NCBI GenBank assembly: GCA_003222635.1
Contig: QHWQ01000010.1
Span: forward strand, 3,334 to 67,333
Source of the DNA: Acidobacteriota bacterium
Lineage (GTDB): Bacteria > Acidobacteriota > Vicinamibacteria > Vicinamibacterales > UBA2999
Direction of reading: 5' to 3'
Length of the DNA stretch: 64,000 nucleotides
The notes under the pieces were generated by a model. The model ran no database searches and was not told the origin of the DNA. It saw only the letters and a list, made by a program, of their open reading frames with translations. Positions 26,033-33,319 of this stretch are shown piece after piece (the first letter of the stretch is position 1; every line of letters starts with the position of its first letter). A program made the translations under genes and the position numbers.

Positions 26033-26926
26033 TCAACTGTCCCGATGCTTCACTCTGAGGCGAACGCCTTTCACGCCCTGCAACGATTTCTTCAACGCTT
26101 CCGCGATCATCACCGAACGGTGCTGTCCGCCCGTGCAGCCGACCGCGACGGTCAGGTAGCTCTTCCCTTCGGCGACGTACTGCGGCAGCGCGAACTTCAG
26201 GAACGACGTCAGCCGTTCGAGAAAGTCCTGCGTCTCCGTGTGCTTCCGCATATAGCGCACGACCGGCGCGTCGCGCCCAGTGAGCTTGCGCAGGCTGTCG
26301 ACGAAGTGCGGATTGGGCAGGCACCGCACGTCGAACACCAGGTCTGCGTCCATCGGCACGCCATTCTTGTAGCCGAAGCTCACGAGATTTACCACCATGT
26401 CGGCCCGCTTGCGGCCGTCGCGCGACATCTGCATGAAGACGTCGCGCAGCTCGTGCACGGTGAGATTCGAAGTGTCGATGATGAGGTCGGCCATCGAGCG
26501 AATCTGATCAAGCTTCCGCCGCTCTTCGGTGATCCCCTCGCTCACCGAACGATCCCGGGCCAGCGGATGGGGCCGCCGCGTCTCGCTGAAGCGCCGCACG
26601 AGCGTCGAATGGCTCGCCTCGAGAAAGATCAGCGTCGGCTTCAGGTTGGGCGCGGCGCGCAGCTTCCTGAAGACGCGCGGAAACTGCGACAGAAAGTCTT
26701 TCTCGCGGACGTCGACGACGATCGCCACCTTGTCGAGCGAGCTCGCCTCCCGCGCCGCCAGCTCCGCCATCGTCGGGATCAGCAGCGTCGGCAGGTTGTC
26801 GATGCAGAAGTAGCCGAGATCCTCGAGCGCGCGGATCGCCTGCGTCTTGCCCGACCCGGACAGTCCCGTGAGGATGACGAAGCGGCGTGTGCCCCTGCCG
26901 CCGCGCAGCACCGTCTTCGGGCTCAC
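26033..26926 (-). CDS. rapZ: RNase adapter protein RapZ
   Basis: From GTG 26926 the protein reads VSPKTV...RFVILTGLSGSGKTQAIRALEDLGYFCIDNLP and continues to ...VAVGCTGGQHRSV. The start overlaps the hprK stop (GTGTGA). Confidence 0.9.
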   Translation of the reverse strand: MSPKTVLRGGRGTRRFVILTGLSGSGKTQAIRALEDLGYFCIDNLPTLLIPTMAELAAREASSLDKVAIVVDVREKDFLSQFPRVFRKLRAAPNLKPTLIFLEASHSTLVRRFSETRRPHPLARDRSVSEGITEERRKLDQIRSMADLIIDTSNLTVHELRDVFMQMSRDGRKRADMVVNLVSFGYKNGVPMDADLVFDVRCLPNPHFVDSLRKLTGRDAPVVRYMRKHTETQDFLERLTSFLKFALPQYVAEGKSYLTVAVGCTGGQHRSVMIAEALKKSLQGVKGVRLRVKHRDS

Positions 26927-27921
26927 ACGTGCCCTCCGTGCTCGACGTCGTCCTCGGCGTCGGCGTCGGCAGGCATCTCCTTTTCGCGCAGCTGCTGCTC
27001 GAGCCGGTTCGCGAGATCGCGCGCGGCGTTGAGACCGCGCGTCCGCAGCAGCTGGTTGCGCGCGGCGACTTCGACGAGCACGCCGAGGCTGCGTCCGGGC
27101 GCGACCGGCATGCGAATCAGCGGCACCTTGATGCCGACGATGTCGTAGCGGAGCTCGTCGATGCCGAGCCGCTCGTAGTCGCGACCCGGCTCCCACCGTT
27201 CGAGCTGCACGACCAGTTCGACGCGCTTGGCGTTGCGAATGGCGGCGACGCCGAACAAATCGCGGATGTTGATCAGGCCGAGCCCGCGGATCTCCATGTG
27301 ATAGCGCGTCATGTCCGGGCAGGTGCCAATCAGCGTCGTCTCGCCGCGACGCCGGATTTCGACCGTGTCGTCGGCGACGAGTCGATGCCCGCGTACGACG
27401 AGGTCGAGGCCGCACTCGCTCTTGCCGATGCCGCTCTCACCGATGATCAGCACGCCAAGGCCGAGCATGTCCATCAGCACGCCGTGGATGACCTGCCGCT
27501 CCGCGAGCTCGTCGTCGAGCAGGTATTCAATCTTCGCGATCGACACCGGCGTGCTCACCGCCGTCCGCAGCAGCGGCACGTCATAGCGATCAGATGCCGC
27601 CAGCAGCTCCACGGGCGGGTCCCATCCGCCGGTGATCAACACGCACGGAATGTCGTGGCTGAAGGCGGCCGCCAGCACGTTCATGCGGCTGGGTGCGTCG
27701 AGGCTCTCGAGGTACCGGATTTCGCTTTCGCCGAAGACGAGGATGCGCGCCGGCTGCAGGTACGCGTCGAACCCCGCGAGGGCGAGGCCGGTCTTCTGGA
27801 TGTGAGGGCTGGCGATGGCGCGCTCGAGACCGGAGGCGCCGCCGAGGAGCTCGAACGGAAGGCCGATCGCTTCCGCCCGGCTTTTCAGCAGGCCCGCGAC
27901 CGTGATCGATCGCGTGGCCAT
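26923..27921 (-). CDS. hprK: HPr kinase/phosphorylase
   Basis: This 332-aa ORF carries the P-loop VLIIGESGIGKSECGLDLV and HRLVADD...EIRGLG. Confidence 0.92.
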   Translation of the reverse strand: MATRSITVAGLLKSRAEAIGLPFELLGGASGLERAIASPHIQKTGLALAGFDAYLQPARILVFGESEIRYLESLDAPSRMNVLAAAFSHDIPCVLITGGWDPPVELLAASDRYDVPLLRTAVSTPVSIAKIEYLLDDELAERQVIHGVLMDMLGLGVLIIGESGIGKSECGLDLVVRGHRLVADDTVEIRRRGETTLIGTCPDMTRYHMEIRGLGLINIRDLFGVAAIRNAKRVELVVQLERWEPGRDYERLGIDELRYDIVGIKVPLIRMPVAPGRSLGVLVEVAARNQLLRTRGLNAARDLANRLEQQLREKEMPADADAEDDVEHGGHV

Positions 27922-28371
27922 CAGGCTTCGGGTTCGATCAACCCCAGATTCCCATCCGCGCGGCGGAAGAGCACGTTGATCTCTTCGGTCGACGAGTTCC
28001 GAAACACGAGGAAGGCGTCGCGGCCGTCGGCGACCTCCATCGCGGCCTCATCGATCGACATCGGCTTCACGGCGTAGCGCCGCGCGCGGATGATGCGCAT
28101 CGGCTGCCCGCCGTTGTCGCGCTCGCCGAGGTCGGTGCCGAACGCCGCCGCGCCGCGTTCCGGCCGCGGCGTGGCCGATGCGGCCTTCGCCGCCGAGATG
28201 CCCTGCCGCTTCCGCTCGGTCCATTTGCTCTTCAGCTTCAGGACCTGCCGCTCGATCTTGTCGATGGCGGCGCCGAGCGCGGCCTGCGCGTCGCGGCCCG
28301 TGGCGCTGCTCGGCGATCTTGCGTACCGGCGCGGGGATCGTGAAATGTCGGGCGGTAAGTTCGAGACGCAT
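27921..28371 (-). pseudogene. hpf: ribosome hibernation promoting factor (long HPF), internally deleted and frameshifted
   Basis: From ATG 28371 the protein reads MRLELTARHFTIPAPVRKIAEQR, then becomes nonsense. A second frame resumes at ATGRDAQAALGAAIDKIERQVLKLKSKWTERKRQ...RIIRARRYAVKPMSIDEAAMEVADGRDAFLVFRNSSTEEINVLFRRADGNLGLIEPEA. The beta2-beta4 core between the two parts is missing. Confidence 0.85.
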
Positions 28372-28376
28372 GGGCG

Positions 28377-28403
28377 GTGTAGGGCGGGGCTTGACGCCCC
28401 GCC
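28377..28403. repeat. GC-rich REP-like hairpin in the rpoN-hpf spacer
   Basis: GTGTAG+GGCGGGGC ttgac GCCCCGCC. The GTGTAG-plus-hairpin layout resembles the REPs flanking the RAYT pseudogene at 42283 and 42775. Confidence 0.55.
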
Positions 28404-28406
28404 ACC

Positions 28407-29660
28407 CTAATAAAGAACTTTCCGTTGATTCGACGTTGGGATCTTCAGTTCCTCGCGGTACTTCGCGATGGTGCGGCGCGCGAGCTCGAGGCCCTCGCGC
28501 TGCAGGATGCTGACAATCTTCGAATCGCTCAGGGGCTTTCGCGGGTCTTCCTGTTCGATGATCTTGCGGATGCGCTGCTTGATGGTGACCGACGACACGG
28601 CCTCGCCGTAGGAGCTGGCGATGCCGCTGTGGAAGAAGTACTTCATCTCGAACACGCCCTGCGGCGTGTGCATGTACTTGTTGGTGACAACGCGGCTGAC
28701 CGTCGATTCGTGCATGCCGATGTCGTTGGCGACGTCGCGCAGCACGAGCGGACGCAGGTACTCGATGCCGTGATCCAGGAAGTCGCGCTGGAAGTTGATG
28801 ATGCTCGTCGCGACCTTGTGAATGGTCTTCTGCCGCTGCTCGACGGACTTGATCAGCCAGAGCGCCGAACGGAACTTGTCTTTCACGTAGGCGCGCGTCT
28901 CGTCGGTGTTCTCCGTCTGGGTCTTGTCGAGCAGCCGGCGGTAGACCGGGCTGATGCGCAGCTGCGGCAGCCCTTCCTCGTTCAGCACCGCGACGTACTG
29001 GTCCTCGACCTTGACGACGTAGACGTCGGGGATGACGTATTGCGATTGCGAGGGATTGAGACGGCTGCCCGGCTTCGGATCGAGATGACGAATGAGCTCG
29101 ATGTGCTGCTTCAGTTCGTCGATGGAGAGTCCCAGCTTGCGCGCCAGCTCCGGCACCTGGTGGTTCTGCAGCAGCCGCATGTGCTCGGTGACGATCTTCT
29201 CGGCCGGCGTGCCGCCCATGCCGAGGTGCCGCAGCTGCAGCAGCAGGCACTCCTGCAGGTCGCGCGCGGCGACGCCAATCGGATCGAAGCCCTGAATCAG
29301 CTTCAGCGCCTTCTCGACCCGCTCGACCGGCCAGGGCCCCATGGCCGCGAGCTCCTCGACGGTCGCCACGAGCTGGCCGTCGTCATCGAGGTTGCCGATG
29401 ATGGCCTCGCCGATCTCGCGGATCTGCGGATCGTCGGTCTGCATCGACAGCTGCCACAGCAGATGGTCAGAGAGCGACGTACCTGTTGAAAGCGTGTTCT
29501 CAATCGGCGGCAGCTCTTTGACCTCGGTGGGCGTCCGGGGACGGTAGCCGTCATCGAGGTAGTCGCCGAAGAAATACTCGTAGTCCTGATCGTCCCAGGT
29601 ATCGCCCTTCTGAATGAGCTTCTGGACGAGCTTGGTATGGAGCTTCTGCGAGATCGCCAC
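28407..29660 (-). CDS. rpoN: RNA polymerase sigma-54 factor, apparently lacking most of Region I
   Basis: The RpoN box ARRTIAKYRE, the HTH region (VANDIGMHESTVSRVV) and the core-binding region are all present. The N-terminus reads MAISQKLHTKLVQKL and then passes directly into the acidic region (IQKGDTWDDQDYEYFF...). Length is 417 aa, against the usual 470-500. Confidence 0.9.
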   Translation of the reverse strand: MAISQKLHTKLVQKLIQKGDTWDDQDYEYFFGDYLDDGYRPRTPTEVKELPPIENTLSTGTSLSDHLLWQLSMQTDDPQIREIGEAIIGNLDDDGQLVATVEELAAMGPWPVERVEKALKLIQGFDPIGVAARDLQECLLLQLRHLGMGGTPAEKIVTEHMRLLQNHQVPELARKLGLSIDELKQHIELIRHLDPKPGSRLNPSQSQYVIPDVYVVKVEDQYVAVLNEEGLPQLRISPVYRRLLDKTQTENTDETRAYVKDKFRSALWLIKSVEQRQKTIHKVATSIINFQRDFLDHGIEYLRPLVLRDVANDIGMHESTVSRVVTNKYMHTPQGVFEMKYFFHSGIASSYGEAVSSVTIKQRIRKIIEQEDPRKPLSDSKIVSILQREGLELARRTIAKYREELKIPTSNQRKVLY

Positions 29661-29680
29661 TAGAGACCCATCTTAATCGA

Positions 29681-30406
29681 TCAATCCAATCGAAATTCCG
29701 TGCCCAAATAAATGCGCTTCACGTCTTGGTCCGCCGCGAGGAAATCCGGCGTCCCGCTGCGAAAGATGACGCCGTCGTGCACGATATATGCCCGATCCGT
29801 GATGCGCAGCGTCTCCCGAACATTGTGATCCGTGATCAACACGCCGATGCCGCGCTCCTTCAGGTGAAAGATGATGTTCTGAATGTCGGTGACCGCAATT
29901 GGATCGATGCCGGCGAACGGTTCGTCGAGGAGGATGAACCGCGGAGAAATCACGAGCGCGCGCGTGATTTCGGCTCGTCTTCGCTCGCCGCCCGACAGCG
30001 TATAGGCGGGCGCCTTTGCCAGCGGCGTGAGATTCAGTTCCGCCAGCAGCGACCGCAGCCGCTCGTGCCGCTCCGCGGCGCTCAGCCCGAGCGTCTCGAG
30101 GATCGCGAGGATGTTTTTTTCGACAGAGAGGCCACGAAAGATTGAGGGCTCCTGCGGCAGGTAGCCGATACCCTTCCGCGCGCGCACGTACATCGGGTCG
30201 TCGGTCACGTCTTCCCCATCGAGGAAGACGCGGCCCGAGTCGGGAACGGTCAATCCCACCGTCATGTAGAACGTCGTCGTCTTGCCCGCGCCGTTCGGGC
30301 CCAGCAGGCCGACCACCTCGCCGGAATTGACCTCGAGGCTGACGCCTTTGACTACCGTGCGCCCGCTGTAGGACTTGGTGAGGGAATCCGTGCGGAGCGT
30401 CGACAT
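29681..30406 (-). CDS. lptB: LPS export ABC transporter ATP-binding protein LptB
   Basis: Walker [12 protein letters not shown], signature [11 protein letters not shown] and Walker [12 protein letters not shown]. Length 241 aa. Confidence 0.93.
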   Translation of the reverse strand: MSTLRTDSLTKSYSGRTVVKGVSLEVNSGEVVGLLGPNGAGKTTTFYMTVGLTVPDSGRVFLDGEDVTDDPMYVRARKGIGYLPQEPSIFRGLSVEKNILAILETLGLSAAERHERLRSLLAELNLTPLAKAPAYTLSGGERRRAEITRALVISPRFILLDEPFAGIDPIAVTDIQNIIFHLKERGIGVLITDHNVRETLRITDRAYIVHDGVIFRSGTPDFLAADQDVKRIYLGTEFRLD

Positions 30407-32566
30407 TCAGCGCGGGCGAGCGGGCGGGGCGGGCGTTGTCGAGCGTCCAGGCGCGGCCGTCGAGCGCGCGGGTGCGGCGGTCGTGCACGCGGGGCTGACG
30501 CCGCTGCGCGTCTGCGTGCGCTGTTCCTCGTTGCCGTCGACGATGATCCTGTCGGTCGATTTGAAGAAGGTCAGGGTCCGTCCGGTTGTCTCCCGGCACT
30601 TTTCGATCACTTTCACCGACTTGATGCCGGCGCCGGACATCACGTAACGCTCGTCGTCCGCGAAGTAGGTGAGGCGTTCGCCGGAGGCGTTGCGCGTGTC
30701 GAGCTTCAGGCTCACGCTGGTGTACGCCTCGAGGCGGTCGATGTGGCCGCCCTGCGGCGCAAGCAGGACTTCGATGCGATCCGCGCGAAGGTCGCCCTGC
30801 GGCCCGCTCAACTGCGCTTGCGCGGCGACGATGCCGGCGGCATTCTTCATCGAGTTGTACGTGATGGTGTGCGCGGCGTCCGCGTACCGGATTTCGGCGC
30901 CGTGCGCGATCGAGTTGCCGGTGTCGAGGACGATCGTCGATCGCGCGTTGCCCGATGCGAGGAAGTCGCCCTTGCTTTGATCGATGGCGATCGAGTCCGC
31001 GCGCACCGCGGTCTCGCCCTGCCACATCGTCGCGTTGCCGGTATAAATCGCCTGGCCCGCGGCGCCCTGGTAATCGAGCGCATCGGCATTGACGTTGGCC
31101 GGCTGGTCCTGTTTCATCAGGCCCGGCAGCTTCGTCGCATCCTTGCCTGCGGCCTTGTTGGCCTGCAGCATCGTCTTGACGCCGCCGCTCGCCTTCATCA
31201 CGCGCGGGTCGAGCGTGACGTCGATCGTCAGCGCGTCGATGGTGACCTGATCGTCCGCCACGCGCGGCGGTGCGCCGGCCTCGACGCCGGTGAGCCGCAG
31301 CGATCCCTTCGTCGGGTCGTAGCGCGCTTCGCCTGATGCCGCCTGCAGGCCCTGTTCCTCGAACTTCACGGCGCCGCCGAAGACGGCGTTGCTGATCGCA
31401 TCGTTCATCAGCGCGACGGTCAACGTCTTCGACCGCGCGGTGCGAGCGGGCGTCGATTTGCCGCTCTCTTCGCGGTACTCGACGTTGTCCGTGAATTTGG
31501 CGGCGGTCAATCCCCCTCCAGGCGCGCCGTCGGCATCGATTGCGCGAGCCTTGATGCTGCGCGCTGGCGAATCGGGCGAGCCGGGAAGATCGAGGCGCAC
31601 GTTGTCGCGGCCGACGACCTTTGTGACGGAGCCGTCCGGCGCCAGCCTGATGTCGAGGGTGTCCCCGAGAAACTGCCGGCCCTTCGAACCGTTGTGGCCC
31701 GTCATCGCGATGGCGGCGCCGCCAATCAGCTGCGCATGTTCCAGCGCGCGCTCGCCTTCGGCCGCGTAGTTCAGGTTCATGTCGCGCGCGCTCATCGAGT
31801 CGACACCCGAGCCGCCGCCGACCACACGCGAGTCGCCGCGCAGCTCCATATTCGTGATGTGCTGCTCGCTCTCGGTGAGGTGCGCGACGCCCTGCCTGGC
31901 GTCGATCACCTGCTCGCCGCGCAGCGCATGGACGTTCCCGTCGAGCGTCAGCGTGTGCGCCATCCGATCGAGCGTGGATTTGCCCGACGTGAACTCCATC
32001 GTCGTGTTGCCGTGCTCGTCGCGCAGCGAAACGCGCGACTGGTCAGCCAGCGACAGGACGTCGGCGTTCTTGTCGTACGACATGCCGGTGCCGGAGCCCA
32101 TCATCCGCTCGCGCTGGAACGTGACGGCGCCCGGCGCGATCATCAGTCCGGTATCCTGATTGAAGCTCGCGGTATCCGCCCTGACGATGAAGCCGTCGTC
32201 GGAGGTGAGCTGAACGCCGCCGGTGAGCTGAAGGTCCTTCTGCCGCTCGCCCGCCTGCGCCTCGCGTCCCGTCACGACGTAATCGCGCCCGCCGCGATTG
32301 CGGACCGTGATCTTGACGCCAACCAGCTTGGTCAGCCCGCCTTCGTAGGTGAGCTGCCGCTCCGCTTCGATCAGGTAATCCTGCTTGGTGCCACGAACCT
32401 GCTGGACGACATTGCCGGAGCTCTCGATGAGGGCTTTCGGATCAATGCGCGCCGGTGCGGTGGCGGGAACAGGCTTGGCGCGCTCCCCCATCGTCGCGTA
32501 GACGACGACGGCCGCAGCGATGCCGATCGCTGCCACCAGAAAGCGGGCCCATTTCTGCCACTTCAT
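30407..32566 (-). CDS. membrane-anchored LptC-like protein fused to multiple OstA/LptA-like repeats
   Basis: N-terminal TM anchor (WARFLVAAIGIAAAVVVYA), then repeated beta-jellyroll-type strings such as ADALDYQGAAGQAIYTGNATMWQGETAVRADSIAIDQSKGDFLASGNA and LRADRIEVLL...LEAYTSVSL. The gene occupies the position of lptC-lptA upstream of lptB. Length 719 aa. Confidence 0.75.
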   Translation of the reverse strand: MKWQKWARFLVAAIGIAAAVVVYATMGERAKPVPATAPARIDPKALIESSGNVVQQVRGTKQDYLIEAERQLTYEGGLTKLVGVKITVRNRGGRDYVVTGREAQAGERQKDLQLTGGVQLTSDDGFIVRADTASFNQDTGLMIAPGAVTFQRERMMGSGTGMSYDKNADVLSLADQSRVSLRDEHGNTTMEFTSGKSTLDRMAHTLTLDGNVHALRGEQVIDARQGVAHLTESEQHITNMELRGDSRVVGGGSGVDSMSARDMNLNYAAEGERALEHAQLIGGAAIAMTGHNGSKGRQFLGDTLDIRLAPDGSVTKVVGRDNVRLDLPGSPDSPARSIKARAIDADGAPGGGLTAAKFTDNVEYREESGKSTPARTARSKTLTVALMNDAISNAVFGGAVKFEEQGLQAASGEARYDPTKGSLRLTGVEAGAPPRVADDQVTIDALTIDVTLDPRVMKASGGVKTMLQANKAAGKDATKLPGLMKQDQPANVNADALDYQGAAGQAIYTGNATMWQGETAVRADSIAIDQSKGDFLASGNARSTIVLDTGNSIAHGAEIRYADAAHTITYNSMKNAAGIVAAQAQLSGPQGDLRADRIEVLLAPQGGHIDRLEAYTSVSLKLDTRNASGERLTYFADDERYVMSGAGIKSVKVIEKCRETTGRTLTFFKSTDRIIVDGNEEQRTQTRSGVSPACTTAAPARSTAAPGRSTTPAPPARPR

Positions 32567-32580
32567 TCGATTAAGGATAA

Positions 32581-33314
32581 CAGTTCATCCTTCCGCTTCC
32601 CGGTTCCCAGTTCGTGTTCAGGTGCTGGTTCAGTTCGGTATTCCGCGTTTGAGGTTAGTTGTTCGACGCTGCAGGTTCTACGTTCTTTATCGGCGTCTAG
32701 GCGCGAGGAATTTGCAGTTCCCGGAGCGAGACGTGTCGATTTCGGCGGAAATCTGGCGGGCATGTCGCGTGCTCATCGACGTCGCATGGGAAAAGGGGTT
32801 CAACGATTCGAGGACCTACGAGCATGGCAGGCGTGCGATGCCTTCAAGAGAGCGGTCTATGACTTGTGTGAGCAGAAGCCGATCGCGCGCGATTTTGGGC
32901 GGCGGAAGCAAATCGAGGAGTCATCTTCGCGAACCACCGCGCACATTGCCGAAGGCTTCGGCCGCTTCTATCCCGCCGATTTCGCGCGGTTCTGCGTGAT
33001 CGCGCGGTCCTCGTTGATGGAATCGCAGAATCATCTGATCGACTTCGTCCACAAGAAATACATCACCGAGGATCGCAGACAGGAACTGAATCAGCTCGTC
33101 GTTACTGCGTTGGAAGAAGTGACCGGGCTGATTGAATACCTGCAATCGCCGGAAGCGCTCCGCAACGCACGCCGCGCACGTGAGCGACGAGTAGTATCGC
33201 GCGCCGAACGACAGGAACAGAGAACCGCCCGAACCAAGAAGAACAAGAACCAGAACGATGAACCGAACGTGAACCTGAACCCGAACGGTGAACGGTGAAG
33301 CGGAAGGGTGAACG
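32581..33314. mobile_element. long inverted-repeat element carrying a four-helix-bundle gene (IVS-like cassette)
   Basis: The left end reads CAGTTCATCCTTCCGCTTCCCGGTTCCCAGTTCGTGTTCAGG.... The right end reads ...GAACCTGAACCCGAACGGTGAACGGTGAAGCGGAAGGGTGAACG and is the reverse complement of the left. The same termini occur on the 158-bp repeat at 25871. The element fills the lptC/A-recJ spacer. Mobility is inferred, not shown. Confidence 0.6.
32786..33298 (+). CDS. four-helix-bundle protein (23S rRNA intervening-sequence protein family)
   Basis: The protein reads MGKGVQRFEDLRAWQACDAFKRAVYDL...SSSRTTAHIAEGFGRFYPADFARFCVIARSSLMESQNHL. Its C-terminal tail (..KKNKNQNDEPNVNLNPNGER) is encoded by the right repeat arm. 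The track ORF 31694..33298 is over-extended. Confidence 0.8.
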   Translation: MGKGVQRFEDLRAWQACDAFKRAVYDLCEQKPIARDFGRRKQIEESSSRTTAHIAEGFGRFYPADFARFCVIARSSLMESQNHLIDFVHKKYITEDRRQELNQLVVTALEEVTGLIEYLQSPEALRNARRARERRVVSRAERQEQRTARTKKNKNQNDEPNVNLNPNGER

Positions 33315-33319
33315 ACCGC

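Noticed and set aside
28048-29250. A 400-aa ORF on the minus strand spans the hpf start and runs antisense-frame through rpoN.
   Set aside because: Only its last ~25 codons (MRLELTARHFTIPAPVRKIAEQR) are genuine, namely the hpf N-terminus. The rest is out-of-frame read-through of rpoN upstream and frameshifted hpf downstream.
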